Both the position numbers and the translations under genes were made by a program. Positions 1-13,678 of a stretch of DNA of 64,000 nucleotides are shown one piece after another. Origin of the DNA: Setoptus koraiensis (taxonomy: Eukaryota > Animalia > Arthropoda). The notes under the pieces are model-generated. The model was not told where the DNA came from, ran no database searches, and was given only the letters and a program-made list of their open reading frames with translations. The DNA is taken from NCBI GenBank assembly GCA_048013815.1, contig CM106585.1, positions 9,796,001-9,860,000 of the forward strand, written 5' to 3'. How positions within the stretch are numbered: the first letter of the stretch is position 1; each line of letters starts with the position of its first letter.

Positions 1-227
1 CGGGGGCCCCACTTTACACAAAATTCCTTTCAATGGGCCGACTCTCACAGGGACAGTTTAAAAGTGGATTGCGCGAATTTGAAACATTCTAAAACGTCAG
101 CCAGTGAATAATTTATGGATTGCCATCTCAAAAAGGAGAGCGCCAATCTATTAGTGGCGACTTGCTTTGCATCACTTAGCTCAACTTTGCTCGCTTTCCG
201 TTCCAGTCGCTGGCCGGGCCCGACAAC

Positions 228-278
228 CGGGCTCCGAAGTGCGCCCCGGTCGGGCTCCGAAGTGCGCCCCGGCCGGGC
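228..278. repeat. 23-bp tandem duplication (x2.2)
   Basis: cgggctccgaagtgcgccccgg(t/c) at 228-250 and 251-273, plus a partial copy. Confidence 0.9.
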
Positions 279-1671
279 AGCCCGACACACCCAACTGGGG
301 CCCGGTGGTGCTTAGGCTCGGCTTCAACGCAAAGCCCGACGCCCAGCCAATGGGCGCCTCTTTCATTCGTGACTTTCTACTAGCTGTCAAATTTCGAGCC
401 TTTTCTCACTATCTGAAATCATGTATCGCTGTTCAAGATTATTGCTCGCCGCAAGCGAAGCAACGACCCGTTTCTGAGCTCCTTTCTTAGGGCGACGCAC
501 CACTAGCGGTGGCGAAAGGTTCCCATAAAACAAACAATGTCAGTGGGCGATATTTACAGCAAGACGACATTCATTAACGATGGCGATGGAATTTAATCGT
601 GCGACACAAAAATCGCTGTGTCACTTCATTATGCAACATGTCGTGTGACGGCGGCATCAATATCGGAAAGGCGAAATATATGAGAGAGGCCAACAGCACA
701 TAGTAACGGATTGAGCAAAATCAACAAAGCAAAACAGAGTCAAAAGGGACAACTCAATTATGAGAATGGTTACGCATTGGCGCTGGCCTGTATCACGGCG
801 CTAGCGATCATGTAAATATTGAGATTGGTTTAGAATATTAATTAAGTGTGTGCTGCGCTGAATGGAATAAATAATAATATCGGGCCGCCAACATACGCCG
901 CTAAGCTACTTTTGCTAAGTTCTTATGTTTGGCTACATAGTGATAATAATAATAATAGTAATAAGAATGGCAGTTGCGAGGACAGTTGAACAGGCTGTTG
1001 GCGTTGTTGCGTCGCAAGCCTCAATTTTGCCGGCCCGCTGTTTTTGTGTCGCTGAGTGGCGGGCCGGCGTTCTTTGTCCGGCCATCCGGCTAATGATAAG
1101 CCATGAATATATTACGACCATGATCCGAGGGCTGAGCTGACAAGATCACTCAGCTCGGCTTTATGTTTGCTCTTGATGAAGAAGATTTCTTGATTGATGC
1201 TCACAACGATCTAGTAGACACAGGCAGGCGCACGCAATCACGACGCGCCCACCAACGGAACGTATAATTAAGGATTAGCTCGACAGAACTTGGCGAGCTT
1301 GCCGCAAGCTCGTGAGTTGGCTGGCTGTCGGGCTGGCTGGCTGTCGGGCGGGCTGGCAACAAAAACTGGCTAGAGATTGTGAACAATTGGCCAAGACGAC
1401 TAAATAACCGACATTCATCAATATCGTGCACAATGACAGCGAGGGATAAAGCTCCGAGAAAAAAAAAACTTGAGACTGCCAGCGATAGGTGAGCGAGGCA
1501 CACATGAAAAAAGGCTGAAATACTTGTACAAATACTTGTATCAACCGGCGCTCATGGAGCGGAAAGAGGCACACGTACACGCACGCGCGCACACCGAAGC
1601 AATATATTACATAATAGGCTCATAGTAGCGATGAATTAACTGCGTGCAGATATAAGTAGACTTTTTGAGGC

Positions 1672-1704
1672 CACTCCACACTGTGGACTGCACAGTGTGG
1701 AGTG
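1672..1704. repeat. Perfect 14-bp inverted repeat, 5-nt spacer
   Basis: cactccacactgtg-gactg-cacagtgtggagtg. Confidence 0.9.
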
Positions 1705-4700
1705 CATAGGCTTACCGAGCCACTATCAGTCATGCAGCATAATAAGGCAACGGTCAAGTGGCGAGGCCATGCTACAGAGGCCATACACGGAATAACTAAT
1801 TGCAGAAAATAATCATCGCCTAACGGCGTCGAGGCCCCGCTAGTGAGCGTGCTTTTCGGGGCACATTGGCGTGCTAGAGCTAAAGATAATCCATATTTAT
1901 GGCGCTTGTCTCAGAGTGAACAACCGTCGCACCGTCGAACAGTTAAAGCAACAGATTAGCATGCAGAATAAATTTTTACGGCACTTGTTAAATTACAACG
2001 TCGCATGACAGCGAGCTGTTCAAACGTCTGTTGCGATTATAGGAAGAGCATGAAAATCAAAAAAAAAACGCGGATCCTCACAAGAACAGGTAAAAATTGG
2101 TCAAAATTTGCCCAAATGTTGCAATGGGATATATCGTCCAGCCGTGCTTGCTCACGAGCGGTCGCAACAATACTCTCTCACTGATACTAACTCGTGTGTC
2201 ACCTTCAATATTCGACGTGTCGCAAGCCCCGAAAAACAGAACACATAGGATACCGTTGATTGGCCACGGTTGTTCTGTTCGCGGCTCATCGATAAATAGT
2301 CGGCTCAGTTGCGTCCGCTTTCGGCTTCCATTCAAACAATCGGTCGAGCCGTTGTGTCTCAAGCCGACTTTCAGACGGGCCTCTAAAACACGTTGTCGAA
2401 AGAGGGACCCTCGCAGAGATTAGCGGCCACTTTTTGTAATAACATCAGAATAACTATTATACGGCACACAATACGGCACGCATAAACTAAACATCCACGC
2501 ACAAAGTCATCATCTCGGCCCAATCTTGACAATTTATCTCCGTAACTCTCTTATGTGATGCTGGCACGCTGTTGCACGATCGACAATCAGATCACGTACT
2601 CGCCAGTGTCGCAACATTTGCCTGGCATGGGTGCCGTAGTACCGTTGCTCGTTGGCTCCGTTCATCGGTTCATTTTCTCTCTGTACAAACGACATCACAA
2701 ACAGTGCCAACGAGCGCACCAAACAACGTCCAACTGCTTGTCGTATTTTCGGTACCTAAATAACAACATTTTTGTATGTGACCCGATACCCGTAATATCT
2801 CGTTATTTTACACGCTTACAGAACCAGAATACGACAACTTTATCTGGCGAAATAACCAGTGCCACTAGTCACAAGTTAATTACAAGATTGGCGCTCCGCC
2901 ATAGGCGCACGCAAGCCCACTGAAACTAGACTGTCTCGAATGGCCACGGCAAGACGACGTTTTTAATAAGAGAGAAACTCATTAGAGAGCTGCCAATCAT
3001 AGATAACAACCACTGAGCTGATGCAACCAGCTTAGCAGGCGGTCCCCTCTTTAGTTGGAAACTCTTTTGAAATCAATTTTTCACGAAAGCGAAATCTTCG
3101 ATGGGACAGAAATTTTCACAAGAACCAAAAATCGTCGGTTTGGCTCTCATTTTCAACGCGTGGCCATATCAAGAGCTGAAAAATACTGAAAGGACACCGA
3201 AAAAACATTTGCACATATCTGATGATTCTGCAATATATGTTTTTCTGTTTTTAGAAAATTTAGTCTTACAAGCCGAGAACGTGTTTTTCCTTGTGGGAAA
3301 CTTTCAGGAGAACCTCGTAAATCATAATTACAAGATCTGCTCGAGGCGCGACTGTTTTCACCGGAATCAGGCGAAAATTCCAGAGACGAATGAGCAAATT
3401 ATGCCCAGGGAAAAGCATCTGAGACATACGAAATGATTCAACCGAAACAGGAGCACGCTATTCGACTGGACATGCAATGTTGTTCAATTGTCAACTGAAC
3501 AAAAACAAACGACTCTAACAAATGGAAAATCCTGGGGGTTCCCCGTGGGTTTTCGGTCTGATCTAGCCTAGTCTTGTGTGTTTGCGAATGGATGAAAACT
3601 GCAAGAAACTGGGTTCAACGGGCTCAAATCAACGCAGCCTTGTGAACAAGCGAAAAAAAAAATTTACTAACATCATTTCACGCAGCTAAACTGGGAAGCA
3701 ACAGCCTATCCTTGCTCTTTTTCCTGCTGCGCCCCAATCATTGTATCAGGCCGAAAACAACATTTTTTTGGACATTGTGAATGGCTGTTCACAATGTCCA
3801 AAAAAAAACAATGTCGCCAAAAACAAAACGTCTCACCTTTGGCCAAACTTTCGTCTAGGTGATTCGTCGTCGCCAATGTCATTAAGGGCCCTGCCACAGC
3901 GTTTATAAGCTGGCCTCGCTTCCTGTTTACCTAGCCTGCCGAAAGCGTCGGTGTGTCTAGTGTGATAAAATACATTACTGGCACAATCTAGCGGGCCAGG
4001 GTTGGCAGGAAGTCGAGCATTAAATCGAGTTATTGTATTGTGTGCGTTGCTGTCGCAGTGTTTTTGAGAGCAGTGTCGTGTATTTGAGTGAGGCACTCGA
4101 ATATCGCTGAAAAAAAGAAGAAGAAAATCAACGCGAAATGTTCTTATAATTCATGCTAACGGATAAATTTTTTTTCTTCTCTTTTGTGCCAGATAACTCG
4201 TTAATAGGGGCTCGAGGTAACACCACCGAAAGAAAGTTCCGTTTGCCACTTCCTTTTTTCGAAAATTAGCAGTGCACAAAAGATTTTAGCACGCCTGTCA
4301 GTGTAAATGGGCCCGCGTTGCAAACTTCGTCATGGCCCCCATAATAACTGGCACTTGAAATGGAACGGGAACACATATGTTTGTGTTTCGTCATCGAAAG
4401 CCGCGTGTGAGCGTGCTGCAAATAACAATTTCGTTCGGCCGCTTGGTTGACCCATCAGCAAGCGACTTCCTTTTGTCTATTTTCCATGGGGACTTGCCAA
4501 ACTCAACACCCGTAACTCACCAGTCATGAGTCACGGCAGGCCAGGTGAGCAAGGTGGTTGCACTGTAACGCGGGCTAGATGCACTTTATTATCTAGAAAT
4601 AGCGATAAAGTGTTTACTTGGTGGCTCTCGATCTCACTCTATCTCGTCTTGTCTCGCCTCGCCTCGCCCCGTCTTGTCTTGTCTTGTTATTTTCGCGCTA

Positions 4701-5608
4701 GCTCGTGGTGTGGTTCAGGTTAGTGGTCGTTGATTGCCAAACATCTATCTCGTTGTTACGTAAACAAACGGATAACTTATCTGGGTGGATAAGTCGCCCA
4801 TCGATAGATGGATAGATTGTATCGGGCGAGTCGCTCATGGCGCTGGATGTTGCTTGTTGTCGGGCCGGGCTGTGCGCGCCCCACCGACGGCTACATTATG
4901 GCCATGAGGGCGATACATGAATAATACATCTATAAAAAGCGGGCCAATAATTGTGCCCAAAAAGATAAGAAAGTAAAATTATTGGTGATGAACTAGATAC
5001 AACAATATATATGTGGTTGTTGTTGTTGTTTATCTGCCGGCAATTTATCTCTTTTGTGCCAAGCATAATTGCCATGCAATGCGATGAAATGATGATGCCA
5101 TCCAGCCAGCAGCTAAGCCGGCCACATTTTTGCCAGCTCGTCTGGAAAAAATATTGCCTGTCGCGCTGATTATTGGGTCGCCATTACGTGTTCGCTCTCG
5201 ATGGATATATTCACTTCGAAATGCGGATAAAGATGAAGCGGGCTTGTTTGGGGCTCAGCCAGTCTCAGGCAGTTTCGCGCTCAAGCTGAGCCATGCAATC
5301 AATTGGGCCTTTTGATTGATGCGCTCGGTCGCTCTTGAGGGGAGCCTCTTAGCATCGATTGATGCTGTTCTAGTTTTAACCAGCCAGTTTGTATGCCGAG
5401 ATGTGTGTGTATTTTGCGACGAAAGATAAAGCAACGGGATTCACGCTGTTTACAGGCGCTGCCGATAAATTCCGGCAGGCTTAATGAGATGAGCATATTT
5501 CCATGATGTTGCCAATGATGTTGCCAACAAAACCGGGGCCCGCACTGGTGCCGGCCAGCCAGTCTGAGCAAGTTTGGCAGAGCTAGTTTCGTTTAGTTTT
5601 CCCCTTCA

Positions 5609-5688
5609 GATAGCCGGCTTCGGATAGCCGGCTTCGGATAGCCGGCTTCGGATAGCTGGCTTCGGATAGCTGGCTTTGCATAGCTGGC
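5609..5688. repeat. 14-bp minisatellite (~5.7 copies) with palindromic AGCCGGCT core
   Basis: gatagccggcttcg x3, then gatagctggcttcg, gatagctggctttg, catagctggc. Confidence 0.9.
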
Positions 5689-7459
5689 GCGTTGGCTGGC
5701 AGTAGCAGCGCAGTGGTCGGCCAAAAGAGAGGATTTAGCCAACTTAGCTGGTGGGATCTGCACGGCGGACTCGAGTGAGGAAATGCCAAGATATGCAATT
5801 TTGGCCCGTTGCTGGCTATCTAATTTCCAATAGAGGAGAAGCTGCCACAAACACGAGCACCACCGTCACAAACATCCCACAGCGAACGAGCTTACATTGT
5901 GGATTAGGCTGGCCCGAGTCGGGTCAGGTTAGGGCGAGTTTTAAAATGGCTGGCTGGTCAGAGGTGCCGGCGCAAGTGTCAGCGCGCCAACTTTGGCTGA
6001 GCTCGGCTCGGTGGGGCCCCAGCTTTGACGGGCCCCAACCGGGCCATCGGCGGCGGCACCAGCAAGCTTGTGGCCGTTGGTATGTTTGTTGACACCACCG
6101 CTGACCAAATCTAGCTGACACTGTAAGTGAGTGAACGACTCGACTGGTCAGCCCGATGCAGCGGGCTTGTTGTTGTGGTTGTTGTGGCTGTTGTTGCTGT
6201 TGTTGTCGCTGGTGTTGCTGTTGTCGCTGTTGTCGCCGTTGTCGCTGGTGTTGTCGTTGCTGCTGGCGGTGGTCAGAGGTGGACAAGAGGCAACTTTCAA
6301 GTGGACGGCACTCACACTGTTGTGGTGGCAAACACTGGCACCACAACACCGACTGAATTGCGGATAACATAACAGTTGCGTTATGTTGAATGATGCACAC
6401 ACAATTGCCCATGCCGTAACAGCACCAACATCAACATCAACATCAACAGCAGCAGCAGCAGTGAGATGCCAATGACGCAACAACAAATCAATGTTTGATG
6501 TTTATCCTCGCACTTGGCGCACAGTGCGCTTGGCCAAGAGCGAGCTTTCCGTTAGTTTGGCGTGCCAGTTTCACTCGTGGGGCTCCTTTGCACTCTCTCT
6601 CTCTCTCTCTCTATGCCTCTATAGATATAGATATATCGTGTGGTCAGTTGTTGAGCGAGACTGACTTACTCGCACTGCGCGCATATTACATTATTATGTC
6701 ATAGATGTGGTCGAATTCCCTCCTGTGCAGTCGTCTCATTACATCACCGCTAACAGGCTGATGAATGAGCGTAATTATTGGACAACACACACGAAATGAT
6801 TATAAGTAAGTGAATTTATGGTGAACCGCGGCTGAATACGATGGGCGTTGGTCACCTGGTGCAGTTTGCGGCTCGCTTGCATCACTTGCGATGCCCAGCT
6901 TCGAATCCTTGGAGCGCATTCGAAGAATTTTCGGCGTCTCGAGGCTGCAGCTTCCAATTGGGTGTTTGTGCACGCCATGAGTTTTGTCTACCGGCGGCGC
7001 TGTTCATCCATGAATACTTGTCCACGCGGCTCGCCGATGCTGCTGCCGGCGCCACCGCCGCCGCCGTTGCATCATCGGCCTATTAATGGCGTACGTGCGT
7101 GTGCGTGTTCCACTTAAACAACAACAACAACGACAACAACAACAACAACAATAGACACCGATAGACAACGGCACACAACGGTGACGGCCAGCGTCTGGCG
7201 ACACACACGCACACAAACACAAAGCGAAGCGAGCATAGGCTGGCGAAAGATAAATAAAGCGCCAAGAAGAGGAATTGCAGCATCGAAATGGGGCCCGAGA
7301 AAGGGTGAGGCCGGTGGCCAGGCTGTGCGCGGCACTGCTTGCGAGGGTGTATTTGTGTTGATATTTGTGCGGATATTTGTGTGTATGTTTACGAGCATGT
7401 TTGCCAGCATGCTTGTGTGTTGGCTGTTGGCTGTTGGTTGTTGGCTGCGCACATACAGC

Positions 7460-7493
<34 letters not shown>

Positions 7494-9130
7494 ACAACAA
7501 CAACAACAATGGTAGTCGCAAAAGTTGTCATAAATGGGCGCGCGCGCGCGCGGGCACCGCTAACTGACGCGCCGACAAGAGAGACAGATATGCTAATAAA
7601 TAATAGCGTTTGTTGCAACCGGAACAAACAAGCGGCGGACGAGCGCGCCGGGATTAACGCGCGCGCCCCATGAAATTTTTCACAGCTTGTTCTGGTGCTA
7701 GTTGGCGCTTATATTACTGCAGCCCGGCAGCCCGGCAGCCTGGCAGCGGTAATATGGGCTCAAGAACAAGGTATATTTAGTAGTTGTCGCGAGTGGTGGG
7801 CGCATCGGAGATTTCGCTAGAAATAGCGAAGGAAATAGGTGAAAATTGTCGAGAATGGGCCAGGTTAGAATGGAAACACCACAAATAGCATTAGTTTATC
7901 CGGCCTTTCGGCGAGCGGGCCCGCCGAGTCGGCGCGCCCGCCGGGAGGCCGCTCCCGTGCGCTCGCTACCGCCAATAAACGTCTCGCCCGGCCGGCCGGC
8001 CGGCCAGGTATGTGTCGGCTCCAGTTATGCAAGACGCCGTGCCAGCATTGGCCGGCACCGGGCGCGGTATTGGGTTACGCTGGCGAGCTTGGGCAATGGG
8101 TAGTTGTCGCAGTTGGCCTGCCGGCCCGGACAAACAAAGCGCGCCTGGGCCCTGGCAAACAACCGCTGACCAGCGGGCAACGCTCGAAAATATTATTGCG
8201 CAATCACCAACAGCAAGCAATTATTATTCCGCGCCGGGCGCTTGTCAGCGGCGCGACTGGCGAGTGTCACTGGCACGCTGGCCGGCCGGCCCGCCGGCCC
8301 GCCGACTGTCACATGCAGACAGGTGCGCGCGCGTGTGTGCACGAGCTGTGCACGAGCCGAGCCACACTTGCTGGCCCACTGACAGCAGCGCCATCGAACA
8401 GGTGACAAGACAGTTTGTGTGACGCAAACCAGGCAAATTTCTAGCGCAAATGGTTGCGGTTTGGGTGCGGTTGGCCAGCGCCGAGCCGGGCAACAACTCG
8501 ACTCGCGTACAGGTAATTGTCTGGCCATGGGCAGGCACGCGCAGGGGGCCACGCGACTCGTATGATACCATGGGCCCACGAGATCAAAAACTGGCAACTG
8601 TCACACTGGCCAACAGCTGTCACTGGCAGCCATCGGTCAAGCGGCCAATGGGGCCGGTGGCGCCAGTTGCGGCCACAGCGAGAGTGGCCAAAGTGGCCAA
8701 AGTGGTGAGCTAATTGATGGTGGTGGCGGCCAATTGATTCGGGGGCCGGTTGCCGCAACTCGAACGGGGGCGCAATCATGAGTGCTGCGGGCCGGCCAGT
8801 CAAACGCGCGACATGTCAAAAGAACTCGAAAATCACAACACTGTCAGTGGGCATTTGGCGCCGTCACGACCGTCACGGCAACAACAACAGCACGCGTAGC
8901 ATGTCCGCTGTCGCTAGCCCTCGGGCTATCCGTCCCGCGCCGCTTATCTCGTCTGAGTGCCCGCCAACGGACTGCGCGGCGCCAGATAAAAGTTGCCCAC
9001 CTACTACCTGAAACGGGCACCCCTTTCGTCCCCGTTGGCATTCGGTCTAGTTCTAGTTCTAGTTCTAGTTCTAGTTTCGGGGGGCCATATCCCTGCTTTT
9101 GGTGGGTGGTCACACAGTGAACGGGGTTGT

Positions 9131-9221
9131 CGGTGCGCCCGGCAAACGGGGATGACGGTGCGCCCGGCAAACGGGGATGACGGTGCGCCCGGCAAACGGG
9201 GATGACGGTGCACCCGGCAAA
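9131..9221. repeat. 25-bp minisatellite (~3.6 copies)
   Basis: cggtgcgcccggcaaacggggatga x3 plus a partial copy; no unique spacers. Confidence 0.9.
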
Positions 9222-9706
9222 GGCGGATATGGCTGCGCACGAGAGTGGCCAGTGGCCCAGTGAGTAGCTAAACTCAATGAGCTAAACGGGCAGCGGGGGC
9301 GTCTGTCAAATGTCGCCCGACGTATAAATTGAGCCGACGTTTTTGACAGTCCCTAGACAGTCTCTAGTTTAACGCGGCGCCGGCCACACACCGGCTGTCG
9401 GAAAGCCGCCGCTCACAGGCCGTGACCTGGGCCCATCGACAGTGACAAGTGGCGCCACCGGACATTGGCCCAGTGATTGATTGATTGGTCGCATGGGGCC
9501 GCCGGTGCGAGCGGCAAGCGACTCCTGACGCAAACGAGTAGCGACAACGTAATGAATATAAAAAAATAATGACGCAATATGATGCGTCGCGTGTATGACT
9601 GTCGTGTGATCATATGGTTCGATATGGTTCTATATGGTTCTATATGGTTTTGTGTGGTTTTGTGTGGTTTTATGCGGTTTTGTGTGGTTTTATGGGGCAA
9701 ACTCAC

Positions 9707-11782
9707 CTGATATATTCTCCAATAGAGCAGGAGTAAGAGCACGAGCGGGGCGTAAAAGGTGGATATTGTTGCAAATATCTGATAGGCCACATCTTGGCTA
9801 ACTAGGCACTTGTGCTCCTCTAAAACGCGCTTCGCAAACTCGGGATCCTTCCAGCCGAAAATGGGCGCCAGCGACACCATGGCGGCCACCAGCCAGGCCA
9901 TCAATATCATCATGTTGACGCGATGTTTTGTCCTTCGGTGAATGTAATCAACGCTGGTCACAGCGCAATACCGATCTATGGCGATGGCCAGCAAATTCAA
10001 TATGGACGCTTCAATTACGTAACACATTGATATGTGAGTTGTGCGATGCGATGCGATGCGATATATTGCGATGCGTGATATATTGTGATATGCATTGTGT
10101 GGGCGGGTGTGTGTTGATATATTATGTAAAAGTTGGCCAGGGCGATAGTTGAGACATAAATTTAGTTAGTATGTGACGCATGTTTAAGTGTGAACTCTCA
10201 AAGCTTGCATGCGAGCCCCCCGTTTACATAATATTCAGTTGTGTGTCTGAGATTGGGCCGGCTTCGGGCCGACGCCGGCCGGCCAACTGGGACTACGGGC
10301 GCGGATTTGCCCCAAGCCCGAGCGAGCGCCAAAAGCGGCCAGAAATTAAAATAAAACAAACACAAATGTATAAATAGCACAGATAGCTGGTGCTGGAGGT
10401 GGTAAATTAAAGTTGTCGCAACAACCACGACACACACGACGAGCCACTCAGGACACGCCGAACACACACACTGGACAGGTGACACTGGACAGGTGACACT
10501 GGACAGGTGACAGCGGACGGGTGACGGCGGACGGGTGACGGCGGTGCGGTTGTGGGCAGGCCGGCAATTGTGCGCCAGCGGACACAAACAAGCGGATTGA
10601 ATGACACGACTGTCTATTGTTGTTCGCTTGATTCGAAAACAATTTTTCTTCTTCTTTTCTTTATTCTTTGCACCGTTTTTCGGCCCCCTCCAGTGTGCGC
10701 ATTCCAGCCTGCGAAATCCGGCCCGAAAAGTGCCCGAAACAGAACCGGAGCTGCAACGCTGTACCGGCCCGCATGCCAGTGGACGTGCGTGATTTACCGT
10801 TGCACATCTTATCACAATGTTGCTGGCGAGGCGCGGCGTGGCGCAGCCACATTCTGGCAGCCAGAAAGAAGCCCGACAACAGTGACAATTTTCATATATT
10901 TTATGGTCTCTCTCCTCATCTCCATAATGGGCGATCACTTGCTTTTTGGGGCGCGCACACGGGTCGCTTTAAATGTCCGTTTCGCTCTGATGCCCGGCCT
11001 TTCGGTTGCCCGGCTCGGGCTGGTCACTTCGGCCGACACACTACAGACAAGCGCAAAAAAGTGCCAACAACTGCGAAATTCTTGCAGCTAAATTCGCTGG
11101 CATGCCCAAACGGGCAAAATGCGAATGCTAAAAGGGGCGACACATTGGAAAATTAGCTTGTCGCGGGGCGCGTTAATGCTCGAGACGCGCGAGTGCCACA
11201 AACGGAGGAACGGTTTTCACGAGTGTGAAAATAAAAATGAAAGTGAAAAAAATAAAAGTTAAAGTGAAAAAAAATAAAACTGAAACTGAGAGAGAAAAAT
11301 AAAAGTGAAAACGAAAAAACGAAAAAACGAAAAAACGAAAAAACGAAAAAATGAAAATGAGAAAGATGAAAAAGATGAAAATTCTCGCGTGAAACAGAAA
11401 CAAACTCACCTGTGCAACACAACACGTCGGCGCTGGTCCAGAACTCGCAAACGCCCTTGCCCAGGTACCAGCCGTGACGGAGTTCGTTGTAGGCACCTAG
11501 GGGCATCACTAGACAGGCAACCATCAGGTCGGCGACGGCCAATGACAGAACTAGCTGATTTGCGGCAGTTTGTAGATTTTTGTCCTTTAATATGGCCACT
11601 ATGACAAACACATTACCCATGAAGGTGATGAGAACAATAGTGGCCAGCACCAGCGATATCATTATGAAGCTGGTGCTCGAGCCGCTCGACCAATCGACTA
11701 ATTGGTGCGCGCCGGCATCAGCGCCCACATCAGCGCCGCCGCTGTCATTGTTGTAATAATTGATTGTCGGTTGCGACTCCAT
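9707..11782 (-). CDS. 5-HT1A: 5-HT1-type serotonin receptor (class A aminergic GPCR), 5' part only (TM1-TM5); exons 11782-11410 and 10008-9707
   Basis: TM1 GNVFV, TM2 LAVADLMVACLVMP, TM3 WTSADVLCCT|ASILNLLAIAIDRY with the conserved amine-binding Asp, ECL2 KCLVSQDVAYQIFAT, TM5 FYAPL..YWRIYQ. GTGAGT donors at 11409 and 9706 and AG acceptor at 10010-10009 give a phase-consistent 225-codon join. TM6/TM7 exon not found in the window. Confidence 0.9.
10468..10544. repeat. 14-bp intronic minisatellite with progressive drift
   Basis: acactggacaggtg x3, acagcggacgggtg, acggcggacgggtg, in GPCR intron 1. Confidence 0.85.
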
Positions 11783-13678
11783 AACACTAATTAGGCTCTA
11801 ATCACACACTCTTTGGACACAAGCTGCACAATCGCTCTCGATGGGCGACTCTCATTAATTACGACTTGCCGTTTCGTGTTTGCGTTCACTTGCCGCTGTT
11901 GTCTTGATTGTGGCTCGTCGCTATTTCGCTTGATATTCATTAAGTTGAGCGCTGTGTTCGCTGTTATCGCTGGCTTATTCACTTGTGAATCTTTGCGATC
12001 GCAGTCGCTTCTTTTGCTTCTTTCGCCTCTTTTGCTTCTTTTGCTTCGTTGCGGTTCTTTCACATGCACACGATGGTGGCGCCCACTTGAACTGGCCACT
12101 AAAACGCCGATGACACGAGACAAAGTTTGTCGGGCTTGCGCCAACGGAACTTGTTGTGCTCACTTCCGGTCGCTTGCCATATTTCGTTGGGTATTTGACA
12201 TTTGCTTAAGCTGTTGCCATTATCGCTTGTCGCATTAGACGCCGTCAACTAATTAGCTCATTCTCTTTGTGTCAGGCTTATCCGATGCTCAAAATCACAC
12301 TGTTACTGGTGTGTCAATCGGTGTTCAATGGCTGGCGATATTTGTCGTTGTTCAGGTTCATGGATTGTATTGGCTGTTGTATGTTTTCTGTCATGTCATT
12401 GGGTGCTAAGTCGCATATGATATAACTGTGTCGTGCACTGGACCACTCCACTTCCACGAATGGCCGTGCCGCACAGCACCCGATCGCTACCAGTCGCCTG
12501 TGTATGCCGACACAAGTGCCGACTGGTGGTGCCCATTTTGGGCCCCACCAGTCGGCCTCATCAGTTGAGCGCCCCCTGCCCGGGGCCTCATGCTGGGCGC
12601 ATGCGCCACAAAATTTACAATGGTTACGGGTGCTCTGTGCTCATGCGTTACAAACGAGCCAGCCAGCCAGCCAGCCAGCCAGCCACTCGGTGAGCCAGCA
12701 AGCCAGAAATGGGGCCCGAAGCGAGCCAGCGAGATGGGAAAAAGGATGAAAAAGGGATTCAATTGGCCGACAATGGCACGGCCACTAGGCCGCCATAGGC
12801 AATGCCAGTACCACTAATCATCAATTAGTTGTCATCACACGTTTAGCCGGCCGCGGCCGCTTTGTCTGCCGGGCACGCGGCTTAGGCTCTTGAGAGGATT
12901 TTCAGGGGCCCCCTAGAGGACGTGCTGTTTGGCGTGTCAGCAATCGAACCATACAGATTATAACTGTTATTTTGTGTGTTGAGGGCCTGGCAACTTTGGC
13001 AAAACATTTTGTGCAACACAAATTTGGTGTTTGGCATGGCGTGTTGCGCGTGTACAGGTGAGCAATTGGAGCAAACAATATGGCGGTGGCAATTAGTGTT
13101 TGTTTATTTGTTTGTTCGTGTGCTTGTTTATTAGTTCCGGTTGATTGTCTATTCATGGCGAGGTGTCAGTGAGTGCTGTACACAGGTAACTGCAACGGGC
13201 AACAGTGACTGCTCTGGTTGATTGGTGAACAGTGAACAGTGCGATGCCGCCAATTAGTCAGCCGTCTATCAAATGAGCGCTGTCTATCTAATGTCGCATG
13301 CAACTAGAGCACGGCGGCCTTGCCTTGAACCATTAAACGCGCGTTAATCAACTGCGTTTATCACTCACTCAACGACCACAACAACAACAGAAACAGCAGC
13401 AACAACAACGACAACAACAGCGACAACAGCGACAGCAACAACAGCGACACAATCGCTGGACGGGCATGTGCGCGAAACGGTTTCACGGTCGTCGTGTTCG
13501 GCTACTGCTCACGCCCGGCTCAACACGACGGCAGAGGGCATTGCCAAGGCTAACCGGCCCGCTCTGGCGAGATGACAGGTGAGCCTTCGAGAGCCTGTCA
13601 AATGGGCCTGTCAATGGATGCGCACAGTTAGACGTCCGACCGACCGACCGACTGTTATCTCTAAATGTCTAAATGTCT

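Noticed and set aside
1900-4300. Possible decayed transposon (ORFs at 2097, 2555, 3101)
   Set aside because: No transposase/RT motifs, TIRs or TSDs could be identified by eye
9131-9221. 25-bp and other regularly spaced repeats as possible CRISPR arrays
   Set aside because: Head-to-tail tandem copies without unique spacers, no cas genes, eukaryotic context
5924-9240. Numerous 60-200 aa ORFs on both strands in the GPCR intron
   Set aside because: GC-rich low-complexity DNA with microsatellites; none contains TM6/TM7 or any recognisable motif
11791-12144. 117-aa ORF ending 9 nt before the GPCR start
   Set aside because: Begins at TTG, is out of frame with the receptor and is built partly from tandem repeats
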